Source: Chrysomallon squamiferum (lineage: Eukaryota > Animalia > Mollusca). From it: a stretch of 64,000 nt of DNA. Shown in pieces: positions 1 to 14,298 of this stretch (the first letter of the stretch is position 1; each line of letters begins with the position of its first letter). The notes below the pieces were generated by a model, which saw nothing but the letters and a program-made list of their open reading frames with translations, was not told the DNA's origin and made no database searches. The position numbers and the translations under genes were made by a program. The DNA lies in NCBI GenBank assembly GCA_012295275.1, contig CM022675.1, positions 11,470,001 through 11,534,000 of the forward strand, written 5' to 3'.

Positions 1-604
1 ATGAAATTAATACCATAAAATATCACCGCTGGAATGAGTGATGACAATCAGATTTGATTAATTTTCACTCATTTTATTAGCGAAAAATTATACTCGGACC
101 TCGCCCTGTTTCAACAGTGGCGTGGTTCCGCAGTTCGAGTCGAGTTTGGCGTCGAGCCCACAGCGGATGAAGGAATAAACGTGAATAAATTAATTTGATC
201 AACAAACGTTGGATGTATTTTTAATACGAGGGCAATTAAATAACACAGTGGATTGGATTTAATAAACATAAACGCCTGGGAAAGTTGGAGTTTGTAATGA
301 AAAAAAAAAAAAAAAAAAAAAAATAACGGATAAAAAAAAAAATCGTTCGGCCCGGATTTCACTGTTTTCGCGTGTTCATTAAAAACGCACGTTTTTCACG
401 CTTCACTGCAAGCGTACAGCGACAGAATGGATTGTGATGAGAGGAGCATTGTGTGCCGCGTTCACGAGAGAGCGTGCAAAACATGACAATAATAGCTGTA
501 ATAACAGTAATAGTAGTAATAATAATGGTAATAGTAATAATAATAATAATAATGGGAGAAGATTTTGTTTATGTTCAGTGAGAACTCTGGATATGTAATA
601 CTTA

Positions 605-651
<47 letters not shown>

Positions 652-779
652 ACACACACACACACACATTCTCTATTTGTCTCAAAACAACCTTTAATTA
701 AAAGAGAATGTTTTCATGTACTGTAAAACAATTTTTGTTTTCTTCTTTCATCCATGTGTTTTGTTTATGTATGTATGTA

Positions 780-816
<37 letters not shown>

Positions 817-959
817 GAATATGGTGCAGAAGTAGTAACAGTAACGACAGTACTAGTAGTAGTAGTAGTAGTAATAGTAATTGTTGTTTTCTCTTTTTAT
901 TTTTCTTGTTCTAGCAGAAACAGTAAAATTATTTTTAAAAACCCACAACAAACACATCA

Positions 960-1680
960 TACTATCAAAGAAGCATGCAGCTTTGATTCGCCCGCTTCCT
1001 TCAGTCACGTGACAACAACATGGCCGCCTCAGTCAACACGTGTACTCAAAAAAATACCACCTTTTTTCGTAACGCAAAAAAAAAAAAAAAAAAAAAAAAA
1101 TCTACTTCTCCAAAGTCCCCGAACCCTCTGACTCCTCTCAACCCACCTTGGACTCTCCAACCCTCCCCCAACACACCCACACACCCCCACACTCACTCCT
1201 AGGAAGAAGAGAGAGAGAGAGAGAGAGCGCGCACAGACAAACAGCTTAAAAACTCGCCCAAACGGAACGAATGATTGCTAGTTGGTTGCGCGCGTAAAAG
1301 GAAGCGGGTTTTAACACGGCCGAAATGAAGCCAGCGAACCCAAGCGGGGACTCACGCTACCGTTGTAGACCGTCATCTGCGAAAAAAAAAAAACGACGTC
1401 AACGTCGCGAACTCGTACGGAACTCGCGGAAAAAAAAAAATTTTTTAGATGAAATTTCAGTCTCCGTTATCGCGCGAACGTGGTTCGGCTATTTTCGGCG
1501 ACGAATCCGTCATCGGAAGCGAGGCTTCGCGCGCGATAATGGACGTTTCTCACTCGCTTTCGCAATCGCTCGACGCTGACTGATGTACGGCTTTCGGACG
1601 CGGTAATGTTCGCGTCTGCCGCAGCCCGGCTCGTTTGATCCTGCTTGAAAGAATAACTCTTCAGCGATATCGTTTTGCAA
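960..1680. promoter_or_regulatory. promoter-like CpG island
   Basis: Inverted TCF/LEF pair ATCAAAG (964-970) / CTTTGAT (981-987). E-box GTCACGTGAC 1004-1013. YY1/PHO-type CAACATGGCCGCC 1016-1028. Second E-box ACACGTGT 1036-1043. C-rich tract and GA repeat, then very CpG-dense sequence at 1250-1680. Confidence 0.55.
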
Positions 1681-2356
1681 GAATAAAAAAAAAAAAAAAA
1701 AAAAAAGAAGAAGAAGAAGAAGGTGTGGATTTTAGGGGAGCTGGGGTCTGGGAGAGGGGGATATCTAGTGGAAAGAAGGATCTTGTTTTTTTTTTTTTTT
1801 TTTTTGGAGGAAAAAGATAAAATCTTGTATTTAAGGGTGTTGTAAATTGTTGTTGATTACAAATCGTGAATTTAAAGGGAGATAATTGAGAACCAAAAGA
1901 GAAAAGAAATCTTTAATTTAAGATACATGTGAATCATGAAAGAGATAATATTATAAGTATGTGGGCAATAAGATTTATATATAGATATAGATAGATATAC
2001 TTATATGAGTATATGAGAGAAACACTAAGAATATTATTAACTTTAAATATTATTTCATATAAAAATATTGACTTTTTTGTACCGTTAATCTACAATTTTA
2101 TTTATCTAAATATACACATATCATAAATTTCAGAGCTATAAGTAAAACATCATGAATATAAGGAAAGGCTTTGTGTTAGTTACAAGAAAAACACTTTGAG
2201 AAATGGTTTGGAAAGTTCATATTGATTTTAAGAAAGGAAAAAAACCATAACATATATTATGAGATGACTTCGATGAAGTACTGGAAGTCGACTGTGAGAC
2301 AGAATTTTTACAAGCTGTGACCAATGAGCTAAGAACAGAGTTTAAGAACTCAAGTG

Positions 2357-2369
2357 AGGTCAAAGGTCA
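2357..2369 (+). promoter_or_regulatory. perfect nuclear-receptor DR1 element
   Basis: AGGTCA-A-AGGTCA, the consensus DR1 (RXR, COUP-TF, HNF4 classes). Related sites: AGGTCA-A-AGTTCG at 4306-4318 and reverse AGGTCA-A-AGTGAC at 59199-59211. Confidence 0.5.
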
Positions 2370-2826
2370 GCGGAGGGAAGCAACGAATTTTAAAAGGGAG
2401 GGTGAAGTAACGATAACAAGGAAGGATCAAGAGGCTGGGGGTGGGGCAATGTTCTGAATTTTAAGGGAGAGGGTTTTTTTACAGAAGAATTTTCCTTTAT
2501 GAATATCAGTAAAAAGTGTGTGGTCGCAGTTTATATTTTAAAAAAAAAAAAAAAAAAAAAAAGAAGAATAAGATTTATAAAAGGTGTAAATTTACAAAGA
2601 GGAAAGAGTTTTCGATTTACGAGGAATGGCTTGTGGGTTAGGCGGGACGGGAAAAACGTTCAGAAATGAAGGGAAGGGATTTGTAAATTGTGGGTCGTAA
2701 ATGTAAAAGAAAAAAACAAAAAAAAAAGATTTGTGAGATCTCGACGGAAGAATTATGAAGACATACCGGAGGAAAGGGGGAGTGAATTATGAGAGAGAAA
2801 TGATATGATTACGGAATCGTTATTTA

Positions 2827-2857
<31 letters not shown>

Positions 2858-3033
2858 TAAAAAAGAAAGTAAAAATGGTTTATTTATTTTGAAAAGAAGT
2901 AAAAATAGAGCGTACAATAAAGATTAAAAAAAAATAACAACGTCTCAACGTCTAAGAGATAAATTTTATCTTTAGCAGTTTAAGTTTAATAATAAATTAT
3001 CCGAAGGACCACCAGCGTAAAGGAATAGTAAAT

Positions 3034-3160
<127 letters not shown>

Positions 3161-3336
3161 GACAGCAAGAAAGAATGAGAGAAAGATAGATAGGTATATA
3201 GAAAGACAGACAGACAGACAGACAGACAGATAGAGAGACAGACATATAGATATATAGAGAGATAGAAAGAGGAAAAGTAAGAAGGATGGTTAGACATACA
3301 CATTGGAAGATGATGGACTTACAATGAAACAACAAG

Positions 3337-3423
<87 letters not shown>

Positions 3424-4476
3424 CTCGATATTTACGTTGTTTTGTGTCTTAAATGAATATCACTGATAAGTCACAGTGAATATAAAGAACTTAAAAAGCA
3501 GTTTGAAAATCACCCAGTGTACACAAACATACACACGCTGTACATCTTTGTATATAAGAAACATTTTAATTTTGTTTGCTGTTTTCTTCACTCTTACTCC
3601 ATCTTTAGAACTCGATTCACGGAATTTGTCAACTTTCATTTAATTGTTTTTATTGTCTGCGTTAAGTAACTTATATTGATTGTGATAATAAGTAAATGTT
3701 CACTATTTTGAATAATTTCGTGTGTACATAATTATTAATATTATATGTATTCAAAATAAATCATAGAATAATATTTGTAAAACTGTTCAATCATTATGAT
3801 AAATACCATTATTGCTCTTTTAATGTATTTTCTGTCATATATGATTAATAGCACATATATTATTATTCACACGCACACACACACACATATATATATGCAT
3901 ACACGCATAAACACATAAACACATATTTCGTATTTTAATTTGATTTTAAAAAATAATTGGTAAATTATAATTTTATATCAATTTCACATTATTTATTATT
4001 CTAATAGCACAATTTTGCATCACAGATGTACTAATGCAAATAAATCTTTGAATATAAAAAAATAAATAAATAAAGTTCATGATAATTGATGTCAAAACAT
4101 ATTTTATGGTTTTGCATCGAGAATTGAGTTCCATGTTTAGAAAATATCATAATATCGTTAAAAAAAAAAAAAAAAAAACGTATATCAATAAAATAAAATA
4201 AAATTAGTTTGATTAATATCTTTTGCATAATGGTAAAGCTAAATATAAATTCAAAAACGTTGTGTATTGTTATCTTGGTTCTTGTGTACTGGATAATATT
4301 ATGTCAGGTCAAAGTTCGAATGATCTGTGAGCAGTAAATATTGCTCCATTTCTGATTGGTTGTTACTGTAGTTATTATAGAACAATTAATAACAGTCACA
4401 TTTCGTTATGTTTCTGATTGTTTGAATAAGGTGAACGTGGATGTTTCAAACTTTTTCTCTCAAGTATATAGTGTAC

Positions 4477-4518
<42 letters not shown>

Positions 4519-4531
4519 ATGTCTGTCTGTC

Positions 4532-4572
<41 letters not shown>

Positions 4573-5024
4573 GTATAATAGTAAACATACAAACACACTC
4601 CTTATATATATAATAGCTAAAATATAATAGTATAATAGTACACGTACAAACGCACCCCTTATATATATATATATATATGTTGATAGATGGATAGATAGAT
4701 AGATGTGGATTTAGAAATAGATATATATATATAAGAGTGTGTGTGTGTACTATTATACTATTACACTTTTACTATTATATATTAACACAGATATAGGCAC
4801 ATACACACCCACACAACTGTTTTTGCATTTTCAGATAGGTAAACATTCACACACAAATTCAAACACACACCGCCCCAACAACATTCGCAAAAATACACCA
4901 ACGAAAAAACAAACAAAACAAATAAATAATAAGCCTACACAATACGCACACAAAAACGCATATGCACGATTACTTCTTCAAAGAAACACACATCTGCACA
5001 CGCTAAGATACAGATAAAAGAAAA

Positions 5025-5061
<37 letters not shown>

Positions 5062-5468
5062 TATATATATATACTTTTGTACCTATGTACGTACGTATCA
5101 CATTTCGAGTATGGTTAACAAGATCTCTCCACATACGGTCTGCTTAATTTTATTTAAGATAATAATTTAGGTTGTTTTTTTTTTTTTTTTTTTTTTTTTC
5201 TATTTCTTTCAGTATGTATGTTTATGTGTGTTTACGTATGTAGTATATAAATGTGCATATGTGTCTGAGTGACAGCCTGTACGTATGTAGCTTTTGTGCA
5301 TCGATGAATACTTTAGCAGTAAATGTAAAATAAAATAAACCAGACTCTGTGTTGATGATAAGTTTCGAGTCAAGGCTAAGATAATAATTATTATTCAACT
5401 GATAATAAGATAATAGTTGTATTTCTTTCAAATAATAGGATTTTTTATCCTGATGTTTTCATAATTAG

Positions 5469-5504
<36 letters not shown>

Positions 5505-5879
5505 CTTGGTAAACTCCTCGAGTGCTGGTTGGAAAGAGAATTAACTTAATGGGGCTATCGAAAAAGACTGATACTTGAACCTGTCAGTTCTGATTATTAT
5601 TTTTTATTATTATTTTTTTTTTTCTCTCCTTGGGGAAGCACGGATATTGCAAACTATAAATGTTTATTTATTTATTTATTTATTTATTTACAAAATCATG
5701 AAACTACTGTAGATGAATAAAACAGCAAAAATGTAATGAAACCAAAAGGAAGAAACAGGACAGACTTAAAGCAACACAAAGGAATAAAATCAAATGAACT
5801 GGTCAAAAAAAAAAAAAAAAAAAACAAGAGAATATAAAATAAACAATTAAAATCAAAGAAATAAAACCAAATAAAATGC

Positions 5880-6010
5880 GCTCACCTGTATTTCCGACTT
5901 TCGTAAGAATGTTTCAGTAAACGACCTCCCAACGCAATTTCTGTTTTAAATAACAATCGAGTGACGTCATTAACTATCTACGATTATGACGTCATAAGTT
6001 GTTAATGCTC
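5880..6010. promoter_or_regulatory. paired CRE element
   Basis: TGACGTCA at 5962-5969 and 5987-5994; the second lies within the 14-bp palindrome TTATGACGTCATAA (5984-5997). Confidence 0.5.
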
Positions 6011-6427
6011 AAGCTTATTAACATTTATTCTTATTTTAATGTTCCATTTGAGACACCAGTAATAAATCAAAGGAAAGAAAAACAAATTACGTTTGCATGA
6101 GCCACAGACTAATATATAATGGTGAGATAGGAAAAGAAACATACCTTTGTATATTATGCTCTAAATGAAACTAAATTCCACTCAGATTCATTTAACTCAG
6201 AAGCACAGGGAATAAGTAACAATGAAAATGACAGACAGGTGAGTGAGAATCAAAAAAGTAAAAAAAAAAAAAAAAAAAGTAAATTTAATTTTCTTTCGTG
6301 TATATTATTCTTAATTTTTCGCTTTTTATTTAGGAAACAGTTACAAGAATGAATTTCATATTCTCTTAAGCCTTGCACTTAATTAGGGAAGCCTTGCAAA
6401 TTATTATTAGGGTTTACTATTAGATTA

Positions 6428-6506
<79 letters not shown>

Positions 6507-7199
6507 TTATTATTTATTAGGATTATTAAATTTATTTATTTATTTAATTTGTTTGTGGCGCCTCTTTTTGAAACACAGTGAATGTGTCTTTATAAATGCA
6601 TAAAATAAATCTTCCTTGTGATTAAAATAAGGTTTGAACACAGTGACTGAATGATTTTATATTACATGAATATTATGTGTGATTTATTTGTCTGTCTAAA
6701 TGGTTGTTATATATATATATTTTTATTATATATATATATGTATGTATGTATCTATGTATTCATTTATGTATATATATGTACATAATGTGTGTGTATATTC
6801 ATTTAATAATATATGCACATATTTTCTTTCTATTTTTTTTTATTTTAATAACTCGTGTGTATTCATTATAAGAACATGCTTATTCGCGGATGCGTATGTT
6901 TATTCATGTCATGCATTCATGTTTATTCATAAAATAATATAACAGCTGCCTCGAAGTGAAAGGCACGTGCACGAAGGGGTTTGGGGGTGTGTGTGCGTTT
7001 CCGCATGTACGCACATTTTTCCTTCTTTCCGTCCCTTTGATGAAAACTAGAACGTCTTTTTTTTTTTTTTTTTTTTTTTTTTTATTATTAATTCCTTTTA
7101 ACACACTATCAAGTTTATTTCACGGTTGTATGTACTTGTAGTATGTGTGATATACTACCACTGCATAATGTATTCTAAACATCACTTGAAAAGCAAAAA

Positions 7200-7700
7200 C
7201 ACAAATCCAGCGCCCTTTCGGTAACATTATTTTTAAAGGACTTAACTCTGGAAGATATTTATCAAGCAAAAGGAAGGACGGGTCAGAAAAAAATGGTAAC
7301 GATTTTACAACCCAAACGCGACTTGTCTTACTTCGCGTCTACTATGTAGCACATCCTTGTAAATTGAACTTTTATGTGTTTGCGAGGTTCGCTCGAGATC
7401 TTGGGGGGGGAGGGGGAGGGGATGGGGGTTGTTTGTCTGTGAAGGTACGTACGTAGAAATTTTCGGTCCAATATCGAGGGCAGTTGTTGACATTGAGGGT
7501 ATAAAATTGTGCTTACGATTTGGCGCCAAACGAAACGAAATGGCTTTATTGCCCGAAATGGACCGCCATAAACTGGCCCTCGGATCAACTTCATCGTAGA
7601 GGTTTATGACGAATTTCTGAAGCGTAAAAGAACATCAAAGACGAGAGACCGAGCTTGATTTATCTCGTATCTCGATTCGTTTGCTGTTGGCGTCGTTGTT
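7200..7700. promoter_or_regulatory. CpG-rich enhancer-like island
   Basis: E2F-type palindrome TTTGGCGCCAAA 7519-7530; Hox/Cdx GCCATAAAC (~7565) and GTTTATGAC (~7602); TCF ATCAAAG (~7634); G-runs at 7403-7428. Confidence 0.45.
7403..7428 (+). other. potential G-quadruplex
   Basis: G8-A-G5-A-G4-AT-G5: four G-tracts with 1-2 nt loops. Confidence 0.5.
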
Positions 7701-7830
7701 GTTGATGTCGTTGTTGTTGTTGTAATTGTTATTGTTATTATTTATTATTATTATGAATTATTATTATTACTGTTATTAATTTATCACTACTACCACAATT
7801 ATTATTATTCTTTTTTGTTATTATTATGAC

Positions 7831-7872
<42 letters not shown>

Positions 7873-8508
7873 CATCATTAATTTATTACTACTACTACAA
7901 TTATTATTATTATTGTTGTTGTTAGTTATAAAATAACAACTGAAAATAAAACTTTTAAATATCGAATATTTTAATGAAAAAAAGAGGTTATATTATACTA
8001 AGTATAAGTCTCTCATATATATATATATATACGAATATTCACACACATACACTTGCATATACACATACACACACACATACATACACATATACATTAGAAT
8101 ATACATACAAATATAGATACACACATAAAAGAAATATTGGATATATGAAAAAGCTTCAATCAAATCGTTCAATATAAGCTTCATTATTTTAAATATACTT
8201 TTATAATTAACAAAAATGCGGGCAAAACAATCTTTAAATTTCACAAACTGAAAAAAAATAAAAAGTAAATCAACAAAAGAAATATGAGTTTTGATAAATA
8301 CAATTATTCATTGGCTTGCGATCGTTATTTCGAAAATAAGTTTACAATTTTAATTATAGTAAATTCGTTTTTTTTTTGTTTTTTTTTAATGACTATTGAT
8401 ATATCTGACAGGCATAGCATAATTTTATATTTGTAGAAATAAGGCTAATTTATTTTAAAACAACATCCATCAACATTAATATATATATATATATATATAT
8501 ATTAATAT

Positions 8509-8547
<39 letters not shown>

Positions 8548-11500
8548 CAAAATAACTATAATAGTACAGTTATAATTATCTATTAAAAAAGTGGTTTTAA
8601 AATTTGTAAACTATCTAAGATACTTTATGCTGATGTAATAACGAGTTGGTAAAAATAACTGCGTTTTGCAGATTATTTAAAGTTGAAATTGTAGCGTCAT
8701 TTTATTATTAATAACATTTTCATAAATATATTTTTTTTTTATTATTATTTTTTTTTTAATAATTTATTAAATATTTTGTTAATCATTTGCTGTTCCCTTT
8801 CTTAAAACAAGTTTTATTTAATAACTAATAGTGAAATATTTTAATAAGTTAAATCAGTATTAAATAATAACTCCATAATTATAATTATATATCTCTAATA
8901 TTACATTTTGAAACTGTAATAAACATATTGATAAATGATTGGTAAAAATTTCATTATTGGAGACAATAGTTTCATCTTTGCCTTTATTTTAAATCTATGG
9001 TATTAATTTAATCAAGTTTATTAAGAAATTAATTAAATTCATTACCTATTTTTGTCAGAACAGAACTACAAATGTACAATTTAAAAACAAAAATCAGTAC
9101 AGTTTAACAATGACACTATTTATGTTTATCTATAATTAAAGATTATTAAACTGAAAATATATTATACTTCAGTTTTAAAATTCGTAACAATAATTATTTT
9201 TATACAAAAGGTTGTTATACTTAAATTTTAATATAGCTACATAACATTTTTTTTATGAATTGAGCAAAGAAATAACATTGGAAAAGTTTTCATCAAGATT
9301 TTATTACAGTAACTTCCTAGATTCAATAATATTTGCAGTAAATATATTACTTTAAATAAACATAAATATTATTATTTTGAAGCATCAGTACTATTATTTT
9401 TTTTATTCCCAACATAATGATGACTTACTAAATAGATACAGTGTACTGTGCAGTAACTTGTATTTTTAGTCAAAGTAGCTTTATACATGAATTTAATGAA
9501 GGACGTCTCATTTTTAATCTTCCATTTTATGATAGTGTTCATTTTTTAAGTATCAGTATTATTTTGTTAATACCAAGTTAATAAATATTCATGTTTTATA
9601 GCATATTTATGCTATCTATCTATGGGCATTTCAGATATGATGTTAATACGTGACTAAAAGTGCACATTCCTACATACATACATATATACATAGATGCATC
9701 CATACAAACATTAATAAATTATATATATACATAAATTACATATATGCATACATGAATACATATAGACACACATGAATACATATATACATACATATATATA
9801 TACATAACATATATAAATACGTAAACACATAAATACATACCTAAACACATACATACATACATACTTACTTATATAAATTACATATATACATACATACATA
9901 CATACATTTATATATACATACAAACATATATACATACATAAATTATTTTGCATTACAATATCCAAAGTAAGACAACATAACACATACAAATAACATCTTA
10001 AAACGCTAAAGGGTACAAATGTAATAACAGAAAAAAACAATCAGAATTTACAATTAATATTAATGAATGTCCTAAGGGTTCTATTTTAATAACCTTTTTT
10101 TACTTTAATTAACTGTTTATTACATTAATACTGGTGAATACATTACAACGGTAACCTGAAAAACAATGGGCGAAAAATTCAATAAAAATAAAATAATATT
10201 AATGCATATCTTAGAGAGTAATTTCAAAATATAGCCATTTTCATTGATTAAATCGTCGCATGTACAGTTTTGTATTAATAGTTTTATAAAATGCAAAAAT
10301 TAAATTTTTAAAACCATAGGGAACTCATATAATAAAAGCGATTCTAACCTAAAAAAAAATGAAAATATTATTTCTGTATGTCTTGAATTTGTAATGTTCA
10401 AACTATTGCATTGATGTTGTAGCTAAATGTTTAATATATTGATTTTATATTGATACTGTTATAATACTTATCAACGGCATATTCAGAAGCTGCAGTGAAC
10501 GAATATAATATCAGTAAAACTGATCTAAGGTCTGTGTATTAAACTTCAAACTCATCTTTTAATATTTTAATTAATCATTTAATATACTACTTTTAATATC
10601 GATACCATAATAATATCTATCAATAACATCTTCAAAAGCAGCATACAATGTATTAAAAAAAAGAAGAAAAAAAACAACAATAAAATAAAACACATAAACA
10701 AAAATGATACCGCTTTGGATAAAATATGTAATTTTCCAACTAATATTCTGATAATTTAATTAACTGTTTAATATATTAGTTTTATATGGATAGTATTATA
10801 ATTGAGACGAATAAAACACAACAGGTGACAGATATTAATATTAAAAACTAATCTAAGAAATGTAAATACTGTTAAATTTCTGCATAGCTGTCATTTTAAT
10901 GTGGCCTTTTAATCAACGTTTTAATTTAGTTGTTTTTTTTTTATATATAATATTATAATGATATATCTTTTAACTGACGTAACATATTTCTTAATGTATG
11001 GCTAAATATTTGAATTATTCAGTTTGTATGGATAATCACTTAGTTGCATAATAATGGTATTATATAGCTTTATGCATGTACATGTACATAATCACACGCA
11101 GAGAGAGAGAGAGACCGACCGATATATACATTTATATACTCACATTTACGTTAATAAGTAAATAAATAATAAGTAATGTGATGAACTGATTAAGATTTTG
11201 AAGCTACTCAACAATAGAATTATGACTTGAAAGATAAAAATCTGTATTCCTATCAGTAATTTGTTTATTTGAGGTTATTTGTTTCTTCCCTTCACACTTT
11301 TGATAGTATAATAAAGATATCAAATTGAAATTGTTCTGTTTTCATTTATAAGAAACCACGAAATATCGAAATAATTGTAACAAGTTCAAAATATTTCATT
11401 ATTATTTAAAAAAAAAAAAAAATTGTAAAAGCTTAACGAACTGTTTAGCAATAACTTCTTTAATTTTAATAATAACTTTTTATTACAACTGTAATCAACA

Positions 11501-13000
11501 GGAGCTTTGTATTTCACAACTCAATGATCACTTCAACTTTGCTATATAGGGATAAGATTTATAAATATTTTAATTTTTATAATTTTAATCAAGGGCTTGG
11601 TAACGGTTTTGTGTCAGAATTGAATAGTAGCATCGAAGATGAAAGTGTTTTGCTATTGTTTACGCATTTTTACATTATTCATCAACTGACTTTAGTATTG
11701 GATTTATAAATTTAAATAGTTATTAATTTTAGTTTTCAAATTCACCATCATTTAGAGTTCACTATCCGTGATGATGAGCGCTTCAAAACTAAATTCTTAC
11801 TGTTTTGAAACTTGTGTGTTTTCAAAGCTTTGAATACTTCCAGCAAAATTTTAGTAATTATTTTTTTTTTTTCATTGCAAATAGCTTTAGAATCGTAATC
11901 ACATATTTATTAAACTCTTCTTAAGTTCATTTTTGTTCTATTATTTATAAAAGGTTATAATAAAGTTGCATCAGAAATTTCGAAATTTTAAAATTAAAAA
12001 TTGAGTGCAATTTTAAAACTTTTCTTTCTAATAAAAAACTCTATAAGTTCAAATAATAATTTATAACTAAAAATATATTTCTTTTTTTAATTTTAATTAT
12101 TCTCTTTTTTTAAATTTTTAAATTTTTATTTTGTTTTTTATTTTATATTTTATTTTTATTTTTTAATTTTTTTTTAAGTAATGATAAAATCTTTATAGAT
12201 AAAGAATAATATTATGTTTAAACTTCTATGCAGTTTTAAACACCATGTTTGAAAGATTTCATGGGTACAAATTTGACATTTAAGCTGTTGCATAATTTAA
12301 ACACACAATTCCGAAAGGATTTCATGAAAACAATACCTATTATTTATCGAATGATTTTAATAACAATACATATAACATGTTATAAACTTGTTTTAAATAA
12401 TCCAAGTGTAATTTTTATATTATTTAACTCTTTTATTAAGACTTTAAGCTTTAAAATTTTCCTTTCATTATAAACATGTTTCATTATAAATTACATAGGT
12501 TAAAAATAGTCTTATATATATCTGTTAGTTACTGAGTAATACTGACACCAGTTTTAATAATAATAATTACAAACTCAATTGGCAGTTGTTTTTTATTATT
12601 ATAATATTTCATGAAATGTTGATAATAATAAATTTAATCATTATAAAATTGATAATTCTAACGGGATGGGTGTCTATCCTTTATTTATTTATTTATTTAT
12701 TACATTTGTACATCATTTAATTGTTTAATCATTACATTACTAAAACACTTTTGTTATTTTAATCTGTTATTTAGTCCAAATTTAAATACATGGTAAAACT
12801 TGTATATTTGTATCAACAATGCCCTAATAATTATTGTATTATACAATACTAGTTTGAAACTAGTGAGAAATAATTATTAATTTACAATAATAATTTCTTC
12901 TTTTGCATGTTTGTTTAGTTTTAAATAATTATAACAATGTCTAAGATTATTTTTAAAGCAGCTATATTTATGAAGAAAGTATTAATTACTCTGTTGGCAC

Positions 13001-13033
<33 letters not shown>

Positions 13034-13639
13034 TGTATATGTATGTATGCAAGAATGTATGTCTGTATGTATATATATATATATCTATCTATATATGTAT
13101 CTGTATGTGAGTATATGTGTCTGTGTGTGTGTGTTTTATGTATATAGTTGTCTTTGAATATATATATATATATTAAAATTAAAAGGTTCGTAAAGAATTT
13201 CGATACTTTTAAAAGAACAGTACCATTCTATAATACAAATATTTTTAATTAACATATAATAATAAAGTACTTGTTTTTAGCTAAAAATGTTGTGTTCTTT
13301 TGCGTTTTCTTTAAACAACTGGACAATTTTGAAAATAATTGTTAATATTTTTGAAGGTTCGATTAACTGTTAACAAGAAATGTTTTGAAACTTTAACAAT
13401 GACTTGATGAGTATGAAACTATCTTATTTCTGTAATAATTTCAGAGCTGTAATAAACAGGACTGTTATTAATGTTGTTACCTAAATAGTATAGAATTATA
13501 ATCAACAGTTCCAAAGTAAAAATGTTAGTTATTCAGTTACCAGAGAATACTTAATCAGCATTTTAAAACAAAAATTCTGTTGACAAAAATACTGTTGACA
13601 AATTTCAAATAATTAAACATTTTAAAAACACTTTAGAAA

Positions 13640-14220
13640 TAATTTTACAATTACCAATAGTATAATTAATCAACTGTTACTAAATATTTAATAATAATTA
13701 TAAAATCTTAAAATATCATCATAGTATTCAATTTTGAATCAACAATTAAATAATAATTATTAAATATTTAATCAACATTTTAATAGCAATATTAGATATA
13801 ATGTTCAACTACTGCAGTTTTAATTAACAATTAAATAATATTTTTTATTAAATATTACATCAGTCCTTATAGAAGTATCAAATCCTTAAATAATAAAATG
13901 TTAATGATAATACTCAACTACTGCACAAGTTTTAATCAAGAGTTTAATAGTATTTGTCATTAAATGTTTTATCAACACTTTAATAATAATATTAAAACCA
14001 CAAAAATATTGCTAATAATATTCAGTTACGATAAAGGTTTTAAGCTGTGGTTTAATCGTAATTCTTAAAGTACAAATTAATACTTTAGATACTAAACCAC
14101 AAATTGTTAGCCAGCATTTTAATAACATTTTCCCATTAAACTCTTAATCAAGAAGAATAAAATTTTACTGGTAATAATCAGTTACTTCAGAAATATTACT
14201 CAACAGTTAATTAACACCTC
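13640..14220. repeat. old, diverged AT-rich tandem array (period roughly 110-120 bp)
   Basis: Recurring words TCAACTACTGCA (~13805, ~13914), TTTTAAT(C/T)AA, ATTAAATATT and AAACCACAAA (~13995, ~14094). Period estimated by eye. Confidence 0.4.
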
Positions 14221-14255
14221 CCAATTTATAAATTATCACTGTTGATATTAAACTT

Positions 14256-14298
<43 letters not shown>

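Noticed and set aside
117-145. GTTCGAGTC as the B-box of a tRNA or SINE
   Set aside because: No correctly spaced A-box, no cloverleaf and no tail.
1467-1640. Minus-strand 57-codon frame after a possible acceptor (DQTSRAAADANITAS...)
   Set aside because: An open frame of this length is expected in GC-rich sequence, and it resembles no protein I know.
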